Position numbers and translations under genes: made by a program. The notes under the pieces were generated by a model that saw only the letters and a list, made by a program, of their open reading frames with translations, had not been told where the DNA came from and made no database searches. A stretch of DNA of 62,056 nucleotides from Deltaproteobacteria bacterium (GTDB taxonomy: Bacteria; Myxococcota_A; UBA9160; UBA6930): contig JANNDT010000208.1 of the NCBI GenBank assembly GCA_031387905.1, forward strand, positions 1 to 62,056. Direction: 5' to 3'. Below are positions 43,775 to 52,457 of this stretch, piece by piece; position 1 is the stretch's first letter, and every line of letters begins with the position of its first letter.

Positions 43775-44859
43775 CAGGCTCTCCTCCAGCGCCGCGCACG
43801 CTGCGGAGCGATGCGATAGACGTGGGCGAGAACTTCGGCGACCGCCTCGAACAAGTTCTCAGGGATGTGGCGGCCGATTTCGCAGGTGTCGTGGAGCACG
43901 CGCGCGAGCGGCTTGTCTTCCACGATCGGGACACCGTGGCGCTCTGCCGCTTCGCGAATGCGCAGCGCGACGCGGTCCTTGCCCTTCGCGAGCACTTCGG
44001 GCGCGCGCGAGCGGCTCGGGTCGTAACGCAGCGCGATCGCGAAGTGCGTCGGGTTGGCGATCACCACGTCCGCCGCCGCGACGGCCGCGATCATGCGCGA
44101 GCGCGAGAGCGTGCGATGGCGCGCGCGGAAGCGACCGCGCTGCTGCGGATCGCCTTCGCGCTCGCGCGACTCGTCTCGCACTTCCTGCTTCGACATTTTC
44201 AGCCGCGACGCGTGCCGGTTGCGCTGCCAGATGAAATCCAGCGCGGCGATCGGTGCGAGGCCTCCGATCAGCGCGAACGCGAGCGCGGTCGCGAGCTCGA
44301 GCGTCTCCCGTGTGGAACTCTGCTCCGAAGTCTGGAGCCAACCGACGAAGCGCGGCAAGTCGTCGCTCAGCATCCACCAGGCGATCGCGACTGCGGCGCA
44401 CAGCTGGCAGAGTGATTTGATTAGGTCGATCGCGCGCTCGGGGCTGAGGATGCGCTTCAGCCCCTGAAGCGGAGAGATGCGCTCGAAGCGCGGGCCGAGC
44501 AGCTCTGGATGCCAGTGGACGCCGCCTTGCAGCGCCGAACTCGCGATGCCCGCCAGTGCGATCGCGCCTGCCAGTGGCGCGAGCGCGGCGCCGGCGGCGA
44601 GCCCCACGTCGAGCAGCACGGCGTGGAAATCTGCGATTGCGTCGGGCGGCCGCGACGCGGCGCTCCAGATGCGGGTCGCGACGTCGCCCATTTGCAGCGC
44701 CAGTGCGCCGGCGCCGCCGAGCGCGAGCGCGCTCCACGCCGCAGCGAGTGCACTCGCGCTCTGCACGTCGCGCGAATGCGGGATCTGGCCCTTCTTGCGC
44801 GCCTGCTCGAGGCGATACGGCGTCGCGGCCTCGGTCTGTTGGTTGCGGTCTTCGCTCAT
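43774..44859 (-). CDS. flhB: Flagellar export switch protein FlhB
   Basis: 361 aa with QQTEAATPYRLEQARKKGQIP and the NPTH autocleavage site in VVIANPTHFAIAL. Confidence 0.9.
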   Translation of the reverse strand: MSEDRNQQTEAATPYRLEQARKKGQIPHSRDVQSASALAAAWSALALGGAGALALQMGDVATRIWSAASRPPDAIADFHAVLLDVGLAAGAALAPLAGAIALAGIASSALQGGVHWHPELLGPRFERISPLQGLKRILSPERAIDLIKSLCQLCAAVAIAWWMLSDDLPRFVGWLQTSEQSSTRETLELATALAFALIGGLAPIAALDFIWQRNRHASRLKMSKQEVRDESREREGDPQQRGRFRARHRTLSRSRMIAAVAAADVVIANPTHFAIALRYDPSRSRAPEVLAKGKDRVALRIREAAERHGVPIVEDKPLARVLHDTCEIGRHIPENLFEAVAEVLAHVYRIAPQRARRWRRA

Positions 44860-45620
44860 GGTGCGCCTCCCGCGAGCACGGCGAGTGCGCGCTCGCTGGC
44901 GAGCGCCGAGCCGTTCACGACCGCGTCACAGAACGGCGCCGCGCCGAGCGCGAACAGCCCGAGCACGAGCGCGACCTGCGCCGGCAGCTGCACCGACATC
45001 ATGTTCAGCTGCGGAATCGTGCGCCCGAGCACGCCTACCAGCACGTTCGAGAGCAACAGCGCTCCCGTGAAAGGGGCGGAGAGGCGCAGGCCATCCGCGA
45101 ACAGCGCGGCTCCCAGTTCCGGCGCGCGCGCCAGCGCCGGCAGCACGTCGGCGCCCGGCGGGAGCAGCTCGAGCGAGTGCGCAAACGCGCGTAACAAGTC
45201 GTGGTGACCATCGACGGCGAGGAACACCAGCAGCGCCGCAATCTCCGCGAGCGCGCCGAGCGCGACCGAGGTCGCGCCGCTGCTCGGGTCGAGCGCCGCG
45301 GCAGCGGCGAGGCCGCCTTGCACCGATGCCACCTCGGCCATCAAGCCGACGGCAGCGAACAGCAGCGCCGAGCCGAGGCCGAGGCAGGCGCCGACCGCCG
45401 CTTCGGCGAGCGCTGCGAGCGCGAGCGCCGCCGGATTCAGCTCGGGTTCGAGCGCGATGCTCGGCGCCAGGCTCGCCGCAACGAGCAGCGCGAAGCCAGC
45501 GCGCACCCGCATCGGAATCGCCGCGTGCGAGAACAGCGGCGCCGTGAGCAGGAACGCGAGCAAGCGCACCGACACGAGCCCGAAGGCGACGAGCGTGGCG
45601 ATCGGCAGCGAGAACGTCAC
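44856..45620 (-). CDS. fliR: Export apparatus protein FliR
   Basis: 254-aa polytopic membrane protein in the canonical position, with 4-nt overlaps on both sides. Confidence 0.85.
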   Translation of the reverse strand: MTFSLPIATLVAFGLVSVRLLAFLLTAPLFSHAAIPMRVRAGFALLVAASLAPSIALEPELNPAALALAALAEAAVGACLGLGSALLFAAVGLMAEVASVQGGLAAAAALDPSSGATSVALGALAEIAALLVFLAVDGHHDLLRAFAHSLELLPPGADVLPALARAPELGAALFADGLRLSAPFTGALLLSNVLVGVLGRTIPQLNMMSVQLPAQVALVLGLFALGAAPFCDAVVNGSALASERALAVLAGGAP

Positions 45621-45883
45621 GGCAGCGTCCCCGCTTGCGCGAGCAAGCTGCGCGTGAAGTCGACGAGCGTGCCCATCCAGACTGGGAAGATCCAGGCGAA
45701 CACACCGAGCGTGACCACGATCTTCGGCACGAAGGTGAGCGTCTGTTCGTTTACTTGCGTGGCCGCCTGCAGGATCGAGATCGCGAGCCCGATGCAGAGC
45801 GCGGCGCCGAGCAACGGCGCCGAGAGTTCGAGCGTCACCCAGAGCGTCTGCTGAAGAATTCCGCTGACTTGTTGGAGGTCCAT
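45617..45883 (-). CDS. fliQ: Export apparatus protein FliQ
   Basis: 88 aa with LGAALCIGLAISILQAATQVNEQTLTFVPKI. Confidence 0.9.
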   Translation of the reverse strand: MDLQQVSGILQQTLWVTLELSAPLLGAALCIGLAISILQAATQVNEQTLTFVPKIVVTLGVFAWIFPVWMGTLVDFTRSLLAQAGTLP

Positions 45884-45888
45884 GACGG

Positions 45889-46959
45889 CTACCGCAGGCC
45901 CTGAACGAGGGCGCCGAGCACGAGGTTCCAGCCGTCAGCGAGTACGAACAGCATCAGCTTGAACGGCAGTGAGACCACCACTGGCGGCAGCACGATCATG
46001 CCCATCGAGATCAGCAGCGAGGAGACGACCAGATCCACCACCAGAAACGGCAGGAACACCATGAAGCCGATCTCGAAGGCGGTGCGCAGCTCGCTGATTA
46101 GGTGAGCGGGCACCAGCGCGGTCAGCGGAACGTCATCGACGGTCGCCGGCCGCTGCTCCGTGAACTCGAGGAAGACCGCGAGATCGCTCTCGCGCGTGGT
46201 TTTTGCCAAGTACGCGCGGATTGGCACCAGCGCTCGCGTACCGGCCTCGCGCGCGTCGATCTGTTCCGCGACGTAAGGCTCGTAGGCCGCCACGCGTACC
46301 TGCTCACCCACCGGCGACATCACTCCGAGCGTGAGGAACAGCGCGAGACCGACGAGCACCTGATTCGGCGGCGTGTGCTGGAGCCCGATCGCCTGCCGTA
46401 GCAATGCGAGCACGACCACGATGCGCGTGAAGCAGGTGAGCATCAGCAGGATCGCGGGCGCCACGCTCACCAGTGTGAGCAACGCCAGCATCTCGAGCGC
46501 CGAGGAAAGTTCTGCGGGCGCGCCCGGCGCGTCGAGCGAGATGTGGATACCCGCACCGCTGCCCGGCGTCGCGGCGGCTTCGGCGCCTGGCTTTTCGCTC
46601 GGCGGCGCGGCGAAGGCCGACGCCGAGACGACGAAGCAGGCGAGCGCCAGCAGCAGCGACGCCAGCAGGCGCGAGCGCTTCGCCACGCGAGGTTCGGCCT
46701 CGGCGACCCCAACGGCCGCGGTCTCGATCGGCAGCGAGCGCAGGAACGAGATCTGCGTGTCCGTAACACCCAGCACGAGCCGCTCGCTGCCGGCTTCGAC
46801 CACGCATAGCCGCTTGCGCGGTCCGAGCGTGACACCGCCGACGATGCGCAGGGTTGTCGCCGTTTGGTCCGGCAGGCCAATGCCTCGCCAGCGCAACACG
46901 GCGCGCAGGGCGAACAAGAGCGCCAACACGAAACTGAGTGCACTGAGTGTCTCGGCCAT
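45889..46959 (-). CDS. fliP: FliO-FliP fusion protein
   Basis: 356 aa. The first ~85 aa are a TM helix plus LRIVGGVTLGPRKRLCVVEAGSERLVLGVTDTQISFL (FliO-like). A second signal-like segment follows, then canonical FliP (LLTLVSVAPAILLMLTCFTRIVVVLALLRQAIG ... GFMVFLPFLVVDLVVSSLLISMGM). Confidence 0.85.
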   Translation of the reverse strand: MAETLSALSFVLALLFALRAVLRWRGIGLPDQTATTLRIVGGVTLGPRKRLCVVEAGSERLVLGVTDTQISFLRSLPIETAAVGVAEAEPRVAKRSRLLASLLLALACFVVSASAFAAPPSEKPGAEAAATPGSGAGIHISLDAPGAPAELSSALEMLALLTLVSVAPAILLMLTCFTRIVVVLALLRQAIGLQHTPPNQVLVGLALFLTLGVMSPVGEQVRVAAYEPYVAEQIDAREAGTRALVPIRAYLAKTTRESDLAVFLEFTEQRPATVDDVPLTALVPAHLISELRTAFEIGFMVFLPFLVVDLVVSSLLISMGMIVLPPVVVSLPFKLMLFVLADGWNLVLGALVQGLR

Positions 46960-46995
46960 GACCCCTCCATGGGTTTGCCGCGCACGCGGCTCGGG

Positions 46996-47316
46996 CTACT
47001 TCGTGTCGCCCTTCAAAACTTCGACGATGCGAATGGCGAGCCGGTCGTCGACGTTGGTCACGTCGCCTCGGGCCACCAGCCTTCCATTCACCAAGATGTC
47101 CGCGAGCTCGCCGGAATCCCGGTCGAGTTCGACCACGGAACCCTCGTCGAGCGCCAGCACCTCGCGCAGCAACAGGCGCGCGGAACCGATCTCCACTGTG
47201 AGTCGCAGCGGCACATCGCCGACGAACTCCAGCAATCCCCCCGCCGAGCCCTCGGCCGTCCGCTCGAGGCGTTCTTGCAGCTTGTCCGACACTTGTTGGG
47301 CTCCTGTTTCGCTCAC
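46996..47316 (-). CDS. fliN: Switch protein FliN
   Basis: 106 aa with VPLRLTVEIGSARLLLREVLALDEGSVVELDR and VNGRLVARGDVTNVDDRLAIRI. Confidence 0.85.
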   Translation of the reverse strand: MSETGAQQVSDKLQERLERTAEGSAGGLLEFVGDVPLRLTVEIGSARLLLREVLALDEGSVVELDRDSGELADILVNGRLVARGDVTNVDDRLAIRIVEVLKGDTK

Positions 47317-48227
47317 AACCGCTCCGAGATCCGTAATGCGAGGCGCGCTCCGAGCGCGCCGCGCGTGGCCCGAAACTTGGCCTCGCCACCGATTCGCACG
47401 AGCAGCGCGCCCTGCGCCGACGGACGCAGCGGCACGACGTCGCCGCAGCGCAGCTCGCGCAGGCGGCTGAGTTTCAGTTCGGCCGAGCCGATCTCCGCCC
47501 GCAATTCGACCGGCGCCTCGCGGATGCGCTCAGCGACGGCGTCCGAGCCCCGCGAGACGGGCCGAACTTCGCGATCGCGTCCTAGCAATCCATCTGGGAG
47601 CGCGACGCGGAGCCGCGCGAGTTCTCCGAAACCCGTCGCGTCGAAAGACGCCACCCACAGCCTCGGAGCGAGCGCGGCGGCAGCCAACTCGGGCTCGAGC
47701 TTCGCGCCCACCTCGATGCGTGTCTCCAGCACCGGCGACAATTTCCCAGCGAGCAGCTGCGCCAACTCCTTCGAGGCCACCTGCAGGTGGCGGAGCTCGA
47801 TACGCGAATGGCGCCGGTTCGGGACGTGGAGCGGACTCGCGTCGATCTCGCCGCCGAGGCCGAGCGTGAGCCAGCCGTAGAACAGCGTGCGCCCGATCAG
47901 CAGCGCGCCGGCGCCGCCGGGCTCGAAGTTCAGCAGCACCGGAGCGTCGGCCGGCAGCATCCCGGCAGCGAAGTCGTCTGCCGGCAGCGAGCGCAAGTCG
48001 AGCAGCGAGATGCTGATCGTGCGCTGGTAGACCGACGACAGCCGGCGCCCGGCCTCGTCGCCGAAGTCGCGCAGCGCGCGCGCCATGGGCGTCCACGCGA
48101 ACGCCTGCGACTCCGTCGAGCCCGCGAGCCGGCGACTGCGCGGATCGTCGCTCGACGAACTCGCGACGCTGGCGAGGATCGCGTCGATCTCCTCGCGCGT
48201 GAGCACTTGTTGGGGCGCGTCGCTCAT
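47313..48227 (-). CDS. fliM: Switch protein FliM
   Basis: 304 aa with N-terminal QVLTREEIDAIL (CheY-P binding-type motif) and a C-terminal SpoA-like segment. Confidence 0.85.
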   Translation of the reverse strand: MSDAPQQVLTREEIDAILASVASSSSDDPRSRRLAGSTESQAFAWTPMARALRDFGDEAGRRLSSVYQRTISISLLDLRSLPADDFAAGMLPADAPVLLNFEPGGAGALLIGRTLFYGWLTLGLGGEIDASPLHVPNRRHSRIELRHLQVASKELAQLLAGKLSPVLETRIEVGAKLEPELAAAALAPRLWVASFDATGFGELARLRVALPDGLLGRDREVRPVSRGSDAVAERIREAPVELRAEIGSAELKLSRLRELRCGDVVPLRPSAQGALLVRIGGEAKFRATRGALGARLALRISERL

Positions 48228-48784
48228 TGCACCACGAACTCCGTGAACAGAACCGACTCGACCTGCTCCTTGCCCAGCATCTCGTTCACTTGATGTCGCA
48301 GGTCGTCCTTGAGCAGGGCCTTGCCTTCGAAGTCGGTGACGTCCGCGAGGCGCTTGCTCGACAGCAGCGAGATCGTGAGGTCGCGGATCGACGCGACGCG
48401 CTCTTCGAGCATCGCCTTGCCCTCGGGCGAAGCGGTCTCGAAGGCCACCTGCACCTTCAAGTACCGCGGGTAGCTCTCCCCCGTGACGTTCACGACGAAT
48501 GGGTCGAGCTGGAGGACGCGGTCCGCGAAGTTGCCCGCGGCTTCGCCCTTCTCCGCGCCGTGTTCGCCGTCGGCTTGCGACGCCTTGTCGCCATGCTCCG
48601 CGGGCTCGCTCTCTCCGTCGGCGTTGGCGGAGGCGGACGAGCCGCTCAGCAACTTCGGCAGCACGAAGTTGCCGAGGGCAGTTCCGCCGATCAGTGCGGC
48701 GACTCCGATCGCGATCAGCGGAAGCAGCGGCTTTCCGGTCTTCGGAGGGGCAGCGGGCTTCGCTTCTTCCGGCTTGTCAGACAT
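48224..48784 (-). CDS. fliL: Flagellar basal-body protein FliL
   Basis: 186 aa with a single TM helix, then LDPFVVNVTGESYPRYLKVQVAFE ... IRDLTISLLSSK. Confidence 0.8.
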   Translation of the reverse strand: MSDKPEEAKPAAPPKTGKPLLPLIAIGVAALIGGTALGNFVLPKLLSGSSASANADGESEPAEHGDKASQADGEHGAEKGEAAGNFADRVLQLDPFVVNVTGESYPRYLKVQVAFETASPEGKAMLEERVASIRDLTISLLSSKRLADVTDFEGKALLKDDLRHQVNEMLGKEQVESVLFTEFVVQ

Positions 48785-48803
48785 GGAGTACTCCGGTTCT
48801 GAG

Positions 48804-50201
48804 TTATTCCGCGAACGCGCCGTCGGCGGCGCCGAGAGGGTCTCTGCCGTCGATCCCGAACGTCTTCAGTCGCCGCCACAACGTCGTCGTCGAGATCTGC
48901 AGCAGCTGCGCGGCACGGCGGCGGTTCCAGCCCACGCGCTCGAGCGTCTCGAGGATGTGCCGTCGCTCGAGCGCCCCGAGGCTCTCGGGCTGCGTGCGGA
49001 GCTGGGCCGCGAGCGGCGGCTGAGCGCTGCCGAGCGACGGGATGTCGTCTGCGCGGATCACATCGGACTGGCACAGCGCGACGGCTCGCTCGATCACGTT
49101 CTCGAGTTCGCGCACGTTGCCCGGCCAGCGATAGCCGAGCAGGCGATCGATCGCGGCGGAATCGAGCTCGCACTTCTGTTTGCGCCAGCGCGCGGAGACT
49201 CGCCCCGCGAAGTGGCGCGCGAGCAGCGGCACGTCCTCCATCCGCTCGCGCAGCGGAGGCACTTCGATCGGAATGACCGCGAGCCGGTAGTAGAGATCCT
49301 CGCGGAACGCGCCGCGCGCGATCTCGCGTTCGAGGTGCTTGTTAGTGGCCGCGACGAGGCGCACGTCGACGACCCGCGTCGACGCGCTACCGACCGCGCG
49401 GATCTCTCCCGTCTGAAGGAAGCGCAGCAGCTTCGCCTGCATCGAGAGCGGCATCTCGGCCACCTCGTCGAGGAAGACCGTGCCGCCCGCGGCTTCCTCG
49501 AAGAGCCCCTCGCTATTGCTGGTCGCCCCCGTGAACGAGCCGCGCCGATGCCCGAACAGCTCACTCTCGAGCAGCGTCTCGGGGAATGCGGCCGAGTTGA
49601 CGGCGCACCAAGGGCGAGCGACGCGCGGGCTCGCGTCATGAATTGCGCGCCCGATCAAGTCCTTGCCGGTGCCGGTCTCACCGAGCACGAGCACGGTGCT
49701 GTCGGTTCGCGCGACGCGGATCACCAAGTCGAACAGACGCCGCATCGCGGGAGACTCTCCGAGCATGCCGGCGAGCGGCCGCACAGGCGAGTCGCGCTGC
49801 ACTTCCGGGGCGAACGATGCAAACAGTTCGTCGAGCGCCGCGTCGCTCAGCGGCTGCCTCAGCCAATAACAAACGCCAGCGCGGTTCACGGCGTCGCGGG
49901 CAGCGGACGGATCGTCACCCGCCGAGATCAGTACGCGCGCCACCAGCGGCCAATGCAAGCGCACGGACTCGAGGAACTCGATGCCGTGCCAGGAGCCCGG
50001 CTCGTCACTCGCGATCACGAGGTCGAAACGCTCGACGCTCATGCAGCGCAGCGCTTCCTCGAACGTCGCCGCTTCCGCCAGGCGATCGACGCGCGGCTCG
50101 AGCCTGCGCGCGAGCGACGCGCGTGCACCGGCTTGGTCGCCGGCCAACAGAATCCGCCGCGCCTGCCTGCGGTCCAACTGAACTTCCACTGCGCTGCTCA
50201 T
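48804..50201 (-). CDS. sigma54-dependent REC-AAA+-HTH activator (FleQ/FlrA-position master regulator candidate)
   Basis: Start trimmed to ATG 50201 with a GGAGG RBS. The receiver shows RILLAGDQ ... FDLVIASDE. Walker A is GETGTGKD, the sigma54 loop is ESELFGHRRGSFTGA and Walker B is GGTVFLDEV. The C-terminal HTH is RRAAQLLQISTTTLWRRLK. Confidence 0.85.
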   Translation of the reverse strand: MSSAVEVQLDRRQARRILLAGDQAGARASLARRLEPRVDRLAEAATFEEALRCMSVERFDLVIASDEPGSWHGIEFLESVRLHWPLVARVLISAGDDPSAARDAVNRAGVCYWLRQPLSDAALDELFASFAPEVQRDSPVRPLAGMLGESPAMRRLFDLVIRVARTDSTVLVLGETGTGKDLIGRAIHDASPRVARPWCAVNSAAFPETLLESELFGHRRGSFTGATSNSEGLFEEAAGGTVFLDEVAEMPLSMQAKLLRFLQTGEIRAVGSASTRVVDVRLVAATNKHLEREIARGAFREDLYYRLAVIPIEVPPLRERMEDVPLLARHFAGRVSARWRKQKCELDSAAIDRLLGYRWPGNVRELENVIERAVALCQSDVIRADDIPSLGSAQPPLAAQLRTQPESLGALERRHILETLERVGWNRRRAAQLLQISTTTLWRRLKTFGIDGRDPLGAADGAFAE

Positions 50202-50271
50202 CGCGAGCCTCCATTGCCGAGCAGGCGGCCGGCGAACGCCGAAACCGCAAGTCGATTTGTTTCGAAATCCA

Positions 50272-50290
50272 GCATTTCGACTCGAACTGC
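50272..50290 (-). promoter_or_regulatory. Degenerate copy of the shared motif upstream of the activator gene
   Basis: GCATTTCGACTCGAACTGC matches 15/19 to the flgB motif. It lies 71-89 nt upstream of the ATG. No sigma54 promoter with correct spacing was found nearby. Confidence 0.3.
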
Positions 50291-50553
50291 CTTTCTCGCG
50301 TGTGCAACGAAGCCCCGGTTCTCTCGCGTTGCCGCGCACTTCGAGCCTCTTCATCGGATGTGTCGCCGGTCGCCGTATCCGCGGAACCACGCAATTCGGA
50401 GCGCGAAAACCGGGATGCAGACCGCGGGCCGCGATTCCATTTGGAATGCGGAGGAACGTTCGTCCCACGCGCCGTAGCGCGGCGAACTGGCAATGCGCTG
50501 CCACGGAAGCGCGTGGCGCGCGGCGCTCGCTAGTTAGGGAACGCGGACCAGGA

Positions 50554-51357
50554 TCAGACGGAGCGCTGGAACGAGGCTCGCATTCGGGCGGCGTGCGCCA
50601 GGGTGACGGTGTTGGCGAGTTGTTGGGCGACCCCGGGCCGGCTGCGCAGCAGGTGGGGGTACGCGCGCTCGTCGATTTCGATCAACCGAACTCGCGTGCG
50701 CGCTAGCGCAGTCTCGTGGTGCCCGACGTCCGCGAACATCGGTAGGCCTCCGAACACCTCGCCGGGCTTCAGCGATGCAAAGTCCGTGTCGATCGCGCCA
50801 CGCACACGCAGGCGCAACACGACCTCGCCTTCCTGCACCACGAATATCGAACGCGGGGAATCCTGCACCGCGCCTTCCCGATAGATCATTTCGCCTGGGC
50901 CGTAGAGGGCGAGGCGGCTCGCATGCGCGAGGGCGCTCGCGCCGTCGATGCCGATGTCGCGAAGGTGCGAGTGCCGGAGCAGGAAGCGCGCCAACTGCTT
51001 GCCCGCTTCGAGCACGTGATCCCACAGGAGATCCTGGCTTCTCTCGTCGAGGCCCTGAAACGCGACGCCGGTGAGGATCACGCCGGCCGTTCGGTCCCAA
51101 TGCTGCCAACGGCCTGCGGCACGCACACTGAGCGGACCCGACGGCAGGTGGATTCTCAGGTTGCCGATGGAGCGGTAGTCGAGCGGGCTGCGCGTCAGGA
51201 TGCAGACACCGCCGACGCTCAAGTCCCTCGACGTGGCGCGCAGCGAACCGGACATGCCGTCGCCCCAGAACTCGACGGGAAGCTCACATCCCACACGCGG
51301 ATCGCTGCGGCTCTCGTACGAGGCGGGCTTCGACCGATTGATTTCTGCGCTCGTCAC
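50554..51357 (-). CDS. PilZ domain - cyclic-nucleotide-binding (CAP_ED-like) domain fusion protein
   Basis: GTG start with a GGAGGG RBS. The N-terminus has RSDPR (RxxxR) and DLSVGG (DxSxxG). The C-terminus has the beta-roll pattern GEMIYREGAVQDSPRSIFVVQEGEVVL ... LKPGEVFGGLPMF. Confidence 0.75.
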   Translation of the reverse strand: MTSAEINRSKPASYESRSDPRVGCELPVEFWGDGMSGSLRATSRDLSVGGVCILTRSPLDYRSIGNLRIHLPSGPLSVRAAGRWQHWDRTAGVILTGVAFQGLDERSQDLLWDHVLEAGKQLARFLLRHSHLRDIGIDGASALAHASRLALYGPGEMIYREGAVQDSPRSIFVVQEGEVVLRLRVRGAIDTDFASLKPGEVFGGLPMFADVGHHETALARTRVRLIEIDERAYPHLLRSRPGVAQQLANTVTLAHAARMRASFQRSV

Positions 51358-51534
51358 GTGGCTCCCTCCTGCGGCGGATTTCGGTCAAGCTCGTCCGAAC
51401 TTGAGGAATCCACCGTCGGAGACCACGCACCGGCGTGCGGGTTTCGCGAAGAGGGCTCGCGGCGTAATCGCGGAAGGATCGCAACCGCGGCGCAGCGACC
51501 ATGCAGGGCGTATGCGCCGCAAGACGAGTGCGGC

Positions 51535-52179
51535 TCAGGGACTGACGAGACCTTCGCGAATGGCGAAGCGAACGAGGCCTGCCACTTTGTGCACGTCGAG
51601 CTTGTTCATCACGCTCGTGCGATGCGTCTCGGCGGTTCGCGTAGAGACTCCCAGACTCGCGGCGATCTCTTTGCTGGAGAGCCCCTCGGCGATCAACTGG
51701 AGCACTTCGCGCTCACGCGGCGTGAGACGCGACTGGCCCATCGCACGCTCCTCGGGCGGGCTCGCGAAGGCAGTCACCAGGTGCTGCGCGATCTCGGGCG
51801 ACAGGAAACACTTGCCGGCGCGAGCCGCACGCACAGCAGCAACCAGGTCCGTCGCGGGCGCAGACTTGAGCACGTAGCAGGCAGCGCCTTCACGCAGCGC
51901 GGCCTCGACGAAGTCCGAGCGATCGTGCTGCGAGAGGATCACCACTTTGCACTGAGGCAGTTCCTCGTGCAGGCGTTTCGTGACCTCGAGTCCCGACAGC
52001 AGTGGCAGCCAGATGTCGACGATTGCGACATCCGGTTTCGCACGCAGCAGCAGTTCCACCGCTTCGCGGCCGTCCCCTGCCTCCGCAACGATTTCGAACT
52101 CGCCACTCGCCTCGAGAACGCGCCGCAGGCCGTCTCGAAGAATCGTGTGGTCTTCCACTACCGCGACTCGCGTGATCAT
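51535..52179 (-). CDS. NarL/FixJ (LuxR-type HTH) response regulator
   Basis: Start trimmed to ATG 52179. The receiver shows VAVVEDH ... DVAIVDIWLPLLSG. The HTH region is LTPREREVLQLIAEGLSSKEIAASLGVSTRTAETHRTSVMNKL. Confidence 0.85.
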   Translation of the reverse strand: MITRVAVVEDHTILRDGLRRVLEASGEFEIVAEAGDGREAVELLLRAKPDVAIVDIWLPLLSGLEVTKRLHEELPQCKVVILSQHDRSDFVEAALREGAACYVLKSAPATDLVAAVRAARAGKCFLSPEIAQHLVTAFASPPEERAMGQSRLTPREREVLQLIAEGLSSKEIAASLGVSTRTAETHRTSVMNKLDVHKVAGLVRFAIREGLVSP

Positions 52180-52457
52180 GCCTCTCTCCCCCCAGAAGAA
52201 ACTCGACACCCGTGCATGCACTTCATGCTTGATGTCTCAGCTTTTCAACCTAAGCAATGGCCGATCGCGAGAAATACGAAGTATTACGGATCTCAAAGCC
52301 GAAAATCACCGGTAGCCGGCCCGTGCTTGCCGCGCGCTCGGCCTCGGGCGTCTCCGCGGCGCTTCTCCGTAGTCTCACGGATCGAGGCGGAAAAGCGCCT
52401 TCCGATGAGGTACCGGCAAGCCGCTCGCAAGAGCGTGGCAAGTTGCTCAACGGAGGG

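Noticed and set aside
49986-49991. TGGCAC hexamer on the minus strand inside the activator coding region
   Set aside because: No TTGC lies at the -12 position (CGAG instead). It simply encodes Trp-His in GSWHGIEF.
48483-50477. 664-aa plus-strand ORF opposite the FleQ-like activator (and similar long ORFs at 50923..52467, 8002..9381 and 21985..23193)
   Set aside because: These are mirror-frame artefacts of high GC content. The opposite strand carries motif-validated genes.
50489-50503. TGGCAGCGCATTGCC, a sigma54-like element upstream of the FleQ-like gene
   Set aside because: GG and GC are separated by 9 nt rather than the strictly required 10, and the element lies about 290 nt from the ATG.
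52180-52457. Least GC-rich stretch of the window, between the divergent LuxR-type and XRE genes
   Set aside because: It is consistent with an ordinary divergent promoter region. I could not define convincing -35/-10 elements, an ncRNA structure or a small ORF.
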